DNA of 55,520 bases, counting the filler, from Sphacelaria rigidula (Eukaryota), in NCBI GenBank assembly GCA_964200075.2. It is 5 parts of 5 records of this genome, joined end to end, with 100 filler letters (N's around TTAATTAATTAA, not from the genome) between each part and the next. Parts side by side here need not be neighbours in the genome. Positions count along the whole stretch, not along the records: positions 33,375 to 44,397 come from CAXNAA020005518.1; positions 44,498 to 55,520 come from CAXNAA020005519.1; 3 more parts are not named here. The stretch is one strand, 5' to 3'. Below, one piece after another: positions 36,395 to 48,430 of the stretch (its first letter is position 1; the number at the start of each line of letters is the position of its first letter). Position numbers and translations under genes: made by a program. The notes beneath the pieces are model-generated. The model was given only the letters and a program-made list of their open reading frames with translations, was not told the origin of the DNA and searched no databases.

Positions 36395-38200
36395 GGTAAT
36401 CTGGAATTTGTACAGCCTCTGCTGTTTGAAATAAATCCTGACTCCAAACTTGGAATAGGGCAAAAAGGATTCATTCGAAATTAATCCTAATTCCAAACTA
36501 GGAATAGGGAGAAAAAGACTAATTTCGAAGAGCTTGAGCTGTACAGATAATCCCATATACACTATATATAGCAGATGGAATTTGTACATCGCCAATACCT
36601 GAAATTGGGTGGAGGAAGAACTTGCTCGCGAGCAGCTTCAGCTGTTCAAGTCCCGCATACTGCACGAAAGCTTTCGTTGCAGCTGACGTAATGATAACGG
36701 AACGCAATTTACCTCGGTTAGCAGTGCATATACCTGATGAAAAACCCGTAGTCCCGTGTCGACCAAACTAAAACAATATACAGGGAATAATGGAACATCT
36801 CATCGCGCGGTTGATACTGCGTACTCGGTATATATATATATATATATATATTCACAACAATAAACTGGACTGGACTGGACAATGCCATTGCATGCGGGAC
36901 AGTGCGCTAAACCGTGCTTATACGTGCGGCGCCATATACTGCAGATGGCTGGCTTTATATACAATGTAGGTGCCTGGAGCTTATTTTGATATATGGGGGT
37001 GTTATATACCATCACGAACCGCAGTATTACACGCGAGCGTCCCACAGCATATGCGCACAGCTGCTGCAGTACAGTAAGTAGGGCGTGAAAGGGAAGGGGG
37101 AAAGTACAGTACAGATAGCGCAGGATAATGTATATATATATATATGTGTGTTCTCTACCTACAGTGCGACGTGAAAAAGACTTGAACCACGTGCAGCATA
37201 TCGTACGGCCTGCTGTATGCTGCACTATGTTATCGGTGCGTCCAGCATGCATATGGTGAGTGTGTATGCACAATAGGCGGCCGGTTAATTGTTCCTCGCA
37301 CCCCACCTACACCCCACGTATGTCGTCGTCGCACGATGTCGCGACCATGAAAGAAGATGCTCAAGTCTCCAACAAGAAATACATCATATCCACCCACGGC
37401 AGTGTGTATGTGTCTATACCCCTGTGCCTAACCCGTGCTCTTTGCTAGAGGCGGGTTGTGGTGGTATAGCCAGTCGGTGATATATACGGAGTAGAGGTCT
37501 TGGGGTGATGGTCTATATACTACTAATATATGGTTGATCGAGTGACTTTTTCTAAACATGTTTCGTGTTGGTAGACCAAGGAATACGGGGATTTTGTGTT
37601 GTATGTGCATTCATGGGCGAGGTATACCCCGTTCACCGAGCATCTTATCACGCCTACCAGGTGGTTCGCTTGAATCACAGGTGTGGACATACACACGTAT
37701 CCAACGTGTGGGATCTCTATTCAGCGAAAGCTGTTGAGAGTTATTCATCCTGTAGCCCATGTACACATGGACTGGGGGGCAGAAGGATGAATACCTTTCA
37801 ACAAGTTTTTTGCGTGTCGGATCCCGTGCGCTGGAAACGGTGCAGTATGCGGGATTTGCCCAGCTGACGCTGCTCGCAATGAATATATTTTCCCCCAATC
37901 TCCGGATGAAATGGAGCGCAAAGTGAAGATGTATTTCGAGCTTCTTCTGCTGTTTAAATTCCAAATCTGCCAGTGTGCATGGGATTTGCGCAGCAGCATA
38001 AGCTGTTCGAAATAAATCCTTTTTTCGCTCATTTCAAAAATGGGCGAAAAAAGGATCGATTTTGAACAGCTTCTTCTGCTGTTCGAAATACATCCTTTTT
38101 CTTGCCGAAATAAATTGGGCGAGAAAAGGATATGTTTTGACTAGCTTGTCCTGCTGTCCAAAAAAAAATCATTTTTGCCCGATTCAAATCGGGTGAAGAG
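36395..38200. mobile_element. Putative foldback / long-TIR non-autonomous element
   Basis: TCCCGCATACTGCAC (36651-36665) is inverted at 37840-37854; GCAGATGGAATTT is inverted near 37955-37972; both arms carry the modular motif GCTGTTCGAAATAAATCCTTTT in both orientations. Confidence 0.55.
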
Positions 38201-38314
38201 GAATTTACCTCGCACAGGAGGACAAGCAATTGAAAATATATACATTTACAGGTTTTGTATCAAAATATTTGGAATTTTCAAAAAAAAAAAAACGTCAGGG
38301 TTTTTTTACCAAAA

Positions 38315-39092
38315 CACTACCACATGACTGTGCAGGGCTTTGCCGACAAGCCTCCATAGGGCAGTAAACCCAACCCTGGGGAAAACCCTGTCAAAACGCT
38401 GCGAGGGGTGCAGATTTGTATTTTCACTGTCAGGGTTTTTTCACGAAGACTGTGGAGGACCCTGTACGGACCCTGCACAGCGCGCCCCACAGGGTGCGAT
38501 CTGTCCACGGGTGTGCGCCGCGGCTGTACTGAGTAAGAGAGCTTCTTGTAAATATAGCATGATTCTATGAAACACGGGAGTTCCCGATCAGCGGTATACA
38601 TGAATTAACCTACTCTGTGGTTGTTCATGATGGACAGCTACAGGTCGTACGTTGTGCTCACGTGAGAGCTTGGGTTAGCTGGATCCAATGGTATCTCCTG
38701 GTACTCGTGCTGAGAGACTTCAGCCAGTGCATAAGCTACTCCCATTTTTATGCCATATCTGATCGGATCATCTGAACCCCCCAAAACATTTTCGTTACCT
38801 GGGACCCCAACATGTCGGTTATCAGGATTCAAATTTGAATGGCGTGTAGTAGTTGCCAATAGCTACCAGCATGTGAAGGAGTGGAAGTATATTTCAAAGA
38901 TTTGGTGTGGATACCAAGATTTTGTTTTTCCGGGTTGTCGTCCCCAATAAAAAAATCCATCCTCAATTTGTAAAATCTCGTGTTAGTAGTCATGACAGCC
39001 AAGCCATCATGGGTGCTGTTGTGGGCCGTAGCGTGTGTTGGAAAGTGGCGGGATTTCGAGCGCTTTTTCAGTAACATATTCCAATAGACCAA
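38315..39092 (-). mobile_element. Possible CACTA/EnSpm-like relic (terminus plus transposase fragment)
   Basis: CACTAC at 38315 is followed by subterminal CCCTG/CAGGG repeats. Minus-strand peptides LRMDFFIGDDNP..NLGIHTKS...YWQLL and IRYGIKMGVAYALAEVSQHEYQEI resemble the EnSpm core (LYIDD..NPLG.H...YW.L..; YG...L..L..LE..GI). Confidence 0.4.
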
Positions 39093-42022
39093 AGTTATCA
39101 GAAAAATATTAATTTTCTAATAATTTTGTGCTATCGGAATACGTTATTATGTGAGGAAGGCGTATCTCTAGAGTAGTCAGAGACCTACAGGGAAGACTGC
39201 CGTCCTGATGCCGAAGGAACTCCGAGACTGGCGATGATTCCCTCTTGTATATGTAGGCAAGAAGTTTGGTCAGACGAGAAATGGTCGCCAGTGGCGACCA
39301 GTACCTCGGGGGATGTTGAACCGTCCTAATATTAGGCTCTTCCTGGCATCACCCCGAGTTCTTTCGTTACGTCGGCATTACAGGGTCCTCGGTAATCTGG
39401 TCCTTCCCAACCGTTCCTACCTTGGCCCTGCTTGCGCTGGTTCTTCATACATGTGTGGCATCAGTCTCTGATATGTCACTGCAAAGAGGTATCGTCCACA
39501 TTTCCCCCCCCTTCATGCGCCTCAAGCCCATCGGGACTATGGCTGGTGGGACGAGGCGATTATGAGCTTCGCTGATGATATATTCGTGGAGGTTTCTTTG
39601 AGTGACTATCATTGATTGAGTCACGCCACCACTAATCGCAAAGGTAGCCCTCCTCTAAACTGCGGTATTGAGTGAAAAATCCCACTCAATTTTAGCCACC
39701 TGTAGTCAGTAACAGTGCATGTATTCCAAACCCTCTAACTTCGGTTTTCTCTGTCCAGTAGCTGTCATATGTGACATGTTTCCATCAGATGGATTTGCAC
39801 TTGGGTGCTGGTTGCATCTGCTGGTATGCATGACTGGGCACTGGAACACTGATCGGTCCACGGGCGCCTGGATTATTCCTGCCCGGGTTCCGGGATGCCT
39901 TCGGTTTCGCGGGCCCCGGAGTAGGGCTAAGTTCTCGGGTTAGTAAGAAGGCGATGCTGAAGATATATATTTATGTATATATATACATATATATATTAAC
40001 CTGTGAGCATTATGCTCTTTTGGCTAAACACCGTCAAAATGACCTGTAGACTTCTGTCACTCAAGATCAGATTGCCATGTGGACTCCTCCCATCACGGGC
40101 ACATGGACTTCAGCAGCTTTACTTATTCATATATTAACCCTCAGCATAGTACAGGAGAACAGGACCATAGTCTCTCTTCACCAGAGTAGCAAAACCGGCT
40201 CTACTCGTCATGGAGGTCACCATCACAGAGTCCGGCAATCAGACCCGCAATTCTACCTACACTGTCCCTGACCTTAGGTAACAATGGTGGCTAGAGTCTA
40301 CAGCATGCCCAAAGCTCTCTACTACCAACAAGTAGTTACATCACAGCTTGACAAACTCAGACATCATTGGTGCCTGATAGTACCGTCGTTTTCCGCAAAT
40401 AAGAGCAATCTCTTCCGCTGCTTTCGACAACAGCTGCATACAAGCTTGCCCGACTTCCGAACAACTCGCACGAGATTCCAAGAAAACATCGTCCATCATG
40501 AACATGCAATCACGCTACTTGCACCACTTCGAGTTACAAAGCGATAGCTAGCGCCGAGTTCTCAAATCTTCGCCCAAAACAAATCTCCTGAGTCTTCATT
40601 GGCATGAAACCGGAAATATCAGCAAACGTCAAATCCCAGAGCATTCGTGACTCATCGTCCCTCTCATCCGAGACAAGGTACTTCTCAAGATACAAAATTC
40701 ACTCTTTGTACCTTCAACACCTGCGCAACGAATTGCAACAGCCAAATGATACATCGTCCTCACGCTAGAAGGAAATGTGTACCCAACACGTCACCTGGCC
40801 TCTTGCTTCTGCAACACCGTAAAAAACGTATGTATCGCATGCCTCCCCGCCGTCAAAGCTTCAATGCTTCAACTTGCCATCATTTTGTTCAGACAATCAA
40901 AGGAAAGACATGACTAAAAACCGCTATTCAAGTCATGCATACTAATNNNNNNNNNNACGGACCTCGACCTCCGCCGTCATTGATCACCCCTCGTGAGCTC
41001 GTTCTCAAACTCTTGTTTTCGAGCAAATCCCAGACATTTCTATATCTCGTTTGGATCTTGGACCGTCATATCCCATCCGTGCATCAGCCAAAATGTAGAA
41101 ATGATTATTCCCTCGACACTCTTGCAGTCCACCTGCACCAGTTCTTTGAACCAATGAACGCATCATCCACATGCTTCTTCTGACATGAAAGAAAAAGCAA
41201 CCGCGTGCTCGTTCAAACACTTGACAATCCATACAAAAACGTGCCACGGTCAAAGATCATTGATGCATGAGCGCATGTTGTCTATATCTTCAACCACCGG
41301 AGGCACTCGCGTCATACCTGCTCACATACGACGAGCCTACGCATTTCGTACCTTTCAGCTCATGTTCACGCTAACAGTAGGTGTCACCGCCTCCTACAGT
41401 CAGTACGAGCCTACGCATTTCGTAGTTTATTGCTCATTTTCACGCTAACAGCAGCAATCCATATATCCTGCAGTCAGTACGTGCAAACCGCACAAATATT
41501 ATTCGACTGTGCTCCTACGCGTGTAAGATTATACGAGGTTTACTTCATTAGCATACAGCAGTATATTGAAAACTGCTCCACCCTAGGTCCTCACCAGATA
41601 TCATTCATATCAGTACTATTCGAGCAAAAAAATGCACATGCCTGCCAAATTTCCACTCAGCATATGAAAAAATGCACATGCATGCCAATATTTCACTCGG
41701 CACATGCAATCCCACCTTCCTCGCAGCAAACACCATGCATCGTCCGTGCCAACTAGATCAGCACAACACAAACATGCCAAATATCCACGTGTACGCCAGA
41801 GTTGTACCCTGCACACGCGATACGATCATACTCGCTCAACAACCATGTTTCGTGCGCAAGCATGACCACAAACCACACAATAACAAGCTGAAATCATTCT
41901 CAAAACGATTCGCGAATACCAGTCATAATGTGTTTCCTCATTCTCAACAAGCACTTAATCACCACAGCACTTGCTCCTCAACATCGGTACTCAACTCGGC
42001 GCTCACCACAACAGCAAACACC

Positions 42023-43909
42023 TCAGGTAATGACTTCTTTGTAGCCCTCGAGCCCGCTCCTGAGAAACAGCAGCACTCGAACCACAACCCCGTGCACAGC
42101 GTAGAGCATCCTTTCCTCTCGGACACTCCCTCCTTGCACGTTCAATCTAGCTACACCTGGCACCCTCATGGTGTAGCTCAACATATCTCTAAAAGGTATA
42201 TTCGCACCACTAAACCAGTGAGACAGATCATCTGCCTCCACAGATACTTGGGCAGTACTGAAAACCTGTGCTTCAGTCAGTTTCACAGAGGAAACCAGAG
42301 GCGAAACGGGAACAGCTACACAGTCCCGAACAGCAACACATCCTGATGGCACACTATCCTCCTCAAATACCCCGCAGCGAAACAGTGGAGACACCTCCGC
42401 CATCGCCGCCAAATACGACAAAACTGTCCATGTAAATAGCAATGCACACGACCACCCCAACACCATGCGACGCTCATCGTCGCCGTCAGAACAGTGATCG
42501 CTAACAGCATCACGAGCTTGCAGCTCGCTCTGCGTACCCGCTTCACGCGGGTCACACACCCCTATTGTTTCGATCATACAAGGCGTTTCCACAGCTACGC
42601 GCTGCTCCGGCGGCAATTCCGCCAACCCGGCATCCACCTGTCCTTCCAGCAGACACCCCTGCAAATCATCTGAACGATCTCTCGCCATGTCACTGGCGCA
42701 GATAGATTCACCCTGAGCATCGCAAGCCTCAAGCTTGCTCTGCTCACTCTCATCACGAAGATAACACCCCCTTGCAGCGGTGAGCATGCAAGGTGTGTCC
42801 CCAATCACGCTCTGGTCCAGCGGCCACAAGCAACCTGGATCTTTGCCGCTCAGCGCTAGCTCATTGGAGCAAATTGGCTTCGCGCTTCCAACAGCAGCGG
42901 CAGCAGCGGCTGGATCGAATATTCCCGCTTCAGCCACCACCTCCTGCCCAGTGCACTCCTGAACGGCAGCAGCGGCTGCTAAGCTGCCTGCAGTCTGCTG
43001 GAGCTGTGTGACACATTCGCCCTCTCCAGCAGCAATACCAGCAGCATCCAAACCAATGCTTACCGTGGAACTGTCGGCCGGCGCGCTCTCATGCATACCC
43101 GCTTTGACAGACACGTGCCTTGTCCCCCTCCCGCTCCTCACAATGGAAACAGCTGCCCTGTATCGTGGTTTAAGACGCGCCCTACTGACTGCACGTTCAG
43201 CGGGTCCACTATCGCGCCTATCCCCTCGGGCAGACACATGCTTCTCGGCTTTCACAGTGCAAGCATCTGCCCTGTATCGTGGTTTCAAACGCGCAGCACT
43301 TACTGCACGTTCGGCGGGTGCACTGTCGTGCCTGTCCCCTCGGGCAGACACATGTTTCTCGGCTGTCACAGGGCAAGCAGCTGCCATGTATCGTTGTTTC
43401 AAACGCGCAGCACCTACTGCACGTTCGGCGGGTGCACTGTCGTGCCTGTCTCTACCGCCGCCGACCTTCACACTATCTTTCACCACACTCGGCGGTGCAT
43501 AAGATGCATGCTTGCGCAGCGCAAAGAGCAATTTCTCTTGCCCAACATCATTCGCCCCATCCAAAAATGTGTCACATAGACAGTCCTCGATATGTGCGGA
43601 CATGAGGTCAGAGACTGCTGACTCCTTAACAACGTGCCAGCGTGCTTGACGCTCGTTCGTTGCGTGCACCTCACGAAGGTAGTCCTCATACTTCCGCACA
43701 AACTGAGCAGATTTTTCACTTGAGAACTTGCGACCGTAGTAGGGCATATCCGGAAATCGTACACGGACAGCGCGACTATCGATGACAACATATTGTTGCG
43801 GCGCACGAACAACATGGCCGTCCACCGCGACATACTCCTGCACCTCGTACACTTCGGTCAGCAGTACAGCACTCCACACGCCTTTTTGAAAAACGAAGTC
43901 GCCTCCCAC
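42023..43909 (-). CDS. 628-aa ORF inside the LTR element: possibly gag-like N-terminus, 38-aa tandem repeats, hydrophobic segment
   Basis: Uninterrupted ORF in the gag position of the element; repeat unit GDRHDSAPAERAVSAARLKPRYRADACTVKAEKHVSAR. Confidence 0.55.
   Translation of the reverse strand: MGGDFVFQKGVWSAVLLTEVYEVQEYVAVDGHVVRAPQQYVVIDSRAVRVRFPDMPYYGRKFSSEKSAQFVRKYEDYLREVHATNERQARWHVVKESAVSDLMSAHIEDCLCDTFLDGANDVGQEKLLFALRKHASYAPPSVVKDSVKVGGGRDRHDSAPAERAVGAARLKQRYMAAACPVTAEKHVSARGDRHDSAPAERAVSAARLKPRYRADACTVKAEKHVSARGDRRDSGPAERAVSRARLKPRYRAAVSIVRSGRGTRHVSVKAGMHESAPADSSTVSIGLDAAGIAAGEGECVTQLQQTAGSLAAAAAVQECTGQEVVAEAGIFDPAAAAAAVGSAKPICSNELALSGKDPGCLWPLDQSVIGDTPCMLTAARGCYLRDESEQSKLEACDAQGESICASDMARDRSDDLQGCLLEGQVDAGLAELPPEQRVAVETPCMIETIGVCDPREAGTQSELQARDAVSDHCSDGDDERRMVLGWSCALLFTWTVLSYLAAMAEVSPLFRCGVFEEDSVPSGCVAVRDCVAVPVSPLVSSVKLTEAQVFSTAQVSVEADDLSHWFSGANIPFRDMLSYTMRVPGVARLNVQGGSVREERMLYAVHGVVVRVLLFLRSGLEGYKEVIT
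43153..43450. repeat. 114-bp coding tandem repeat, about 2.6 copies
   Basis: Units start with CTGCC(C/A)TGTATCGT at 43153, 43267 and 43381. Confidence 0.9.
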
Positions 43910-44397
43910 TCACAGGAACAACAACTCCTCTCCTTATACCGAGACGCGCTGTACCGCCTTACAACAACAATGGCCACAGCGCCTCTTCGTCACGCAGGTC
44001 TCACCACGTGATTGAAGTCCTTAGGCTCCTCTTCCTGGCCGTACCTAGCCAAGCGTGGAACAAGCAACTCTCGCTGGCCCCACCAGGCAGTAATTTCGCC
44101 ACTTTTCTGGAACGTGCACGGGCTCGCCAGCTGTCGGTCAACCCCCCGCACCTCTCGCACGCGCGATACCACAGCCCACCCTATCACTGCCTCAGAACCT
44201 CCTCGGCTCTACTTCTCCAACTCCTCGCGACGTTAACACGCCTTGAGCTGGTCTTGTTTGCTGCAAACTGATCAGGCCTGCAGACTTCCCTATCTTGAAG
44301 TGTCAGCTGCTTTTCACCGGACCTACCGCCTCAGCGGACTTAATGAACGTTCATTGTAGACTTCTGTCCCTCAAGATCAGATTGCCATGTGGACTCC

Positions 44398-44497
44398 NNN
44401 NNNNNNNNNNNNNNNNNNNNNNNNNNNNNNNNNNNNNNNNNTTAATTAATTAANNNNNNNNNNNNNNNNNNNNNNNNNNNNNNNNNNNNNNNNNNNN
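44398..44497. other. Artificial scaffold linker
   Basis: N-TTAATTAATTAA-N, 100 bp. Confidence 0.97.
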
Positions 44498-44867
44498 CAC
44501 GTGGAATGGCGCAAACGTTGCGTGGATATCCCCTTGCACCAGCGGTCAACTTTTTTTCTCCCTGTTGGGCAAACAGGCCGGTACAATCGTGGATTTGGTG
44601 GTTTTTAGTCGTGATGATTCGTCCTAACCGTGCAATGTACCTGTTTCGTACGATCGAAGTGTATCTGTCTACTCTGGTTGTTAAACCGTAACTGTCCTAT
44701 ATTTCCCAACGGTCGCGCATTCTCGTAGTGCAGTTTCTTCGCCGCATTCAACACTTGTCATTACCCCGTCGCAAATATCGTACATAGGAATATGGAGTGA
44801 CCAGCATGCTCTGTTTTGCGCGGGTTTTATTCCTTCACTTGCTCCTCCCGTCTGTCGAGAGCATTAC

Positions 44868-44942
44868 CTTCCAGCATGTTGTTGTTCAGCTTCAAACTTT
44901 CGAGGTTGGTCAATTCTTTCACCACCGTCGTCGGAATTTCTC
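44868..44942 (-). CDS. Single-LRR exon (75 nt, phase 1-1)
   Basis: cag|...|gtaatg, encoding GEIPTTVVKELTNLESLKLNNNMLEG. Confidence 0.8.
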
Positions 44943-45749
44943 CTGCATGTAGTACATGTAGGTGTAACCGGGATGAGGGCGACAGCGTAGGGTTAGGGCT
45001 TTTCATGAAGTAGTACGGTTGTGCACATGGCTGCCGCACGGGCGTGGCGTGAAAGACAGGTCGTTTAAACGTAAAACATGGTATTTTTTCCACGAACGCA
45101 AATCAGAGCACACGATGCCGCAAGGGAGGCGAGGAGGAGGGTGCAACTCATTGCCAGAGCGACTCCCTCCAAAAATCAGCTGAGATCCCCCGGGAAAAGC
45201 TGTGACGCCAGTAAACAGACGAAGAGACGATTATCTCTACGGATATCCGAAGCAAGAACCCAATATCTTACCAACAGTACGACGATGCACTCACGTAGTA
45301 CTTTCCACGGGAAGAAGTCATATCCATTTAATGAGCATTCTTTCTGAATGCGCTCAGCATTAACAACCTGACGAACCGTCAGCCAACACTGAAACCCCCC
45401 CAGGAGAAAACCATTTTAGATATCCAATTGCAATCGCTCCTGCCGCCCGACGGCCACCAGCCCTAGTCTGTAGGCTATATCAGTAATTGACGCAGTCTCT
45501 AGATAAGTCGATAGGGGTGTGTGCGCGCAGTAGTCGGTTTAAACAATCATTTGTGCATCATGGAGTTCCACCCAGAGTTAAGACGTTTTGTTTTCAAGTT
45601 TGACGCACATTGAACCCCTCCCCTTCCTCGGGACGCGTCCGTGGTTTCAAGGGATTAACCCATCTCTCCTCGGTAAAAGCCTTCCAGCAACACAAAACAC
45701 GCACCTAGAGAGACAAACCAAGATTAAAATTGTAGCAGCAGAAGCATTT

Positions 45750-47900
45750 ACTCGCACGGAAGATTAGAAGGGGGGCAAAACCGGAAAGAACGCCGGAGCG
45801 AAGAATTAGAGCGTGCAGCTGTAGCTAGAGGTAGAGCTGGGTGCGATATCGGGGAGCTCACGGTAGCAACCGAGAAGTTCGTACATCGATCGTTACGGGA
45901 CAAAACTACAACGCGATATGCTGTGAGGCTATCGGACTGCAGAGCATAAAGAGACCGGGAAGGACTGGGTTCGCTTTCGTGGAGTGCCGCGTCTTCATCT
46001 GCGGGACGAATGGGGGCAAGGAAATAATCGGAGAACATGGAACCTGGTCGATGGTAGAGGAGTCGATAATCACCAAGGCTACGTGAATGCAGGCGTTTAC
46101 TAGTCAGAGCCTTGTGCGGATGGTGGTCAACATAGCAAGCGAATCGAAGGTTGCCACGTATGTAATTGTGCATGCCCCACAGGCACGTTCATTTCAAGAG
46201 AAGAGAGGGGCACGTGTCCGACAGAGTGGGACAACACTGAAAACCAATATTCCCGAGAATGACTGCCTACCTACTTCGATGTATGCCTTCCATTGAATTG
46301 GGGTGAAAGCAAGAGAGGAGGAGCGTAAAACAGCAAGGTCACATAGACAGGACTTTCGGGAAGCGACAGTGATGACACCATTGCTAGGAGGTATAGGTAA
46401 AAAGACGCTTCGCCCTGGCGCGTACAATTTTTCCACCCCCAAGGGAGGCATGTCGCGTACGTTCAGCGGTATTGCGCGCCGTCCCGTGGGCAAACGTGCT
46501 GACAACATCATCACATGGTACGCTTACCGCCGCCTTCTTCGAGATGACATTGTCTCCCTGCAACCGCAGTGGGCATTCATTTATAGGTGGGCGAGCAGTG
46601 ATGTCTGATATCGACAGACCTGAGCAACGCATACAGTCTATTGCCAGAAAGCTTGACGGGGACAGACCCCGAGATATCGTAGGCCATTTGGCTGCCAACT
46701 ATGCGGCACACTCGTGAGATTCGCCGAGAAGGTGGTGTCGTGTCCGAGCCGATAGTCCTGTGCACAACGGTGGTTTGACGATGTTGCGATCCGGGCCGAG
46801 TACGAGGCTAGCATTATCGTGTAATGTCGATCATAGATATGGATGTCCTCATCTTGATTATCCATCTGGGGATTCAGATCCATGACATTTGTTCATCTTA
46901 TATCTAGCATGCATGCCCATGATGGATGTGGATATCGTTGATGGATATGACAGTCCATCATTGACATCAATATCCATGTCGGACATGGAGATCGATCATG
47001 CATCTCCATCATGGATGCCCATCTGGGATGTCTTCAGCAATAACTCTAGCACTAGCTGTAACCCAAAAGGTGGGCAGAGATGACGCTGGAGAGGGTACAA
47101 CGTGTGTTGTGGTAAATGCTGTGCGCGCGTATCGTAGACGAAATCTCCACGTTCCCAGACGGGCTTCATAGGATAATGTTTCTGATAGAGGTGGTATGTC
47201 GGCATTCCCCTCTACCGGGCTGATGGTATAGGCGAACAAGACAGAAGCACATGCGTCTGTCGCCGGCACTCCTCTCCTCAGAGCCGGCAATGCGCATCGA
47301 GGCGGGAAGCCAACAGCACAAGCAAACACGGCCGAGTCTGTACATCTTGGTGGTACTGTCAGCGTAGACATTAGAATTCGAATCGAAACCAAGCGTCGCA
47401 TCAGTGCTGCGTGGGCACGCCTCCGACGTAGTAGTACCCAACTCTGTGATAGATAAAATGCTGAGCTATCGCTTAACATCCGGTTGCCCATATCGGAGAC
47501 AGTGAAAGTTGTGCCGCAAGGCTGTGTTACTGTACGCGGACGCTGCGCCCAGAGAACTTCGAGAGCGTGAACACCGCCGACCACAAGCTTTTATTGCGAG
47601 CAGTTGCCTTGTGCAGTAAGAGTCGCACTGCACACAAGACTCTTCCACACAGAGCTCTGCTGGAGATGACCGAACGCCAAAGTATCGAGACGGCGATCGC
47701 AAGTGTCATCAGCGGGTCGAGAGGGGAGGCGTTTTTTCGGGAGGGTGAAACAGGTGTCCCGGAGCGCGTAGTGTGCTGGACGATTCGGCGCGCAAGGCCC
47801 CAAGGAGACTGGTCGGCCATCGAAACACTGAGGGGGCCATCCCCAGGGGATCGTGCGTACCCCACGGGCTATCCCTCGTAGTAGGGAGCGAAGGAAATGG
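45750..47900 (+). mobile_element. Highly decayed retroelement relic, possibly a gypsy integrase region
   Basis: Only weak remnants, e.g. RMVVNIASESKVATYVIVHAPQA resembling the integrase HHCC lead-in; many stops. Confidence 0.3.
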
Positions 47901-48370
47901 TTCGTCCGTGGTGTTGAGGCCGAGGGCTAGCAAGATCGGGTCACTGCCGTTACGAACACGGGCAAATGGCGCGTGGGATTCGAGGAGGGGGAGGAGGGGT
48001 TCAAAGAAGCCTAACGGCGCGGAGACGTCGTCCACTCTAACCCACATCATGAAGAAGAGTTTGTTGCGCTGATAGTTGGCAATGGGGGAGCTTTCACCAC
48101 TGGCGCAAGAAAAGCGGCAACAGACTTTAGGTTAACCACGATGATATGTTTGAGAGCGTGTCTGCACCGGACTAGGAATGTGGGAAGGTAGCCGGCGCAA
48201 CACGAAACGACGTCAATTTCCGTCTCGTCCTTTTGGTAATTAACTTTGTTCCGTGGCTTGAAACCCTAGCTATGCGTCCCAGCTGCGTTTCCTGTTTGTG
48301 TTCTACTTCCACTGTGGGTCCTTCCTCTTCTTGGCTCCTTTCTTCCGTTTCTGCTTCCTCCTGTCATGAG

Positions 48371-48430
48371 ACCACGGCTGGACCCCTGGGGGGTCAGTTA
48401 AAGTGCGACAATCAATTGAATCAGTCAATC
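48371..48430 (+). repeat. Dispersed 3'-tail-like repeat ACCACGGCTGGA...GACAATCAATC (probable LINE/SINE 3' end)
   Basis: A second copy lies at ~54795-54850 (+) and a related inverted copy with a (GATT)n array at ~55349-55398. Confidence 0.6.

Larger units (their letters stand above)
40045..44397 (-). mobile_element. LTR-bounded, gypsy-derived non-autonomous element (right LTR cut by the linker)
   Basis: TGTAGACTTCTGTC(A/C)CTCAAGATCAGATTGCCATGTGGACTCC occurs at 40045 and 44355 (42/43 identical). The left LTR is plausibly 40045-40261 (TGTAG...CTACA). An integrase zinc-finger-like relic VARFCMDCQVFERARG lies at ~41200-41250 on the minus strand. Confidence 0.65.

Noticed and set aside
41330..41710. 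Short tandem duplications (~72 bp and ~40 bp units)
   Set aside because: Two-copy local duplications in the non-coding interior of the LTR element, with no sign of independent function.
43153..43450. CRISPR-like array
   Set aside because: These are contiguous 114-bp in-frame coding repeats without unique spacers, in a eukaryotic context with no cas genes.
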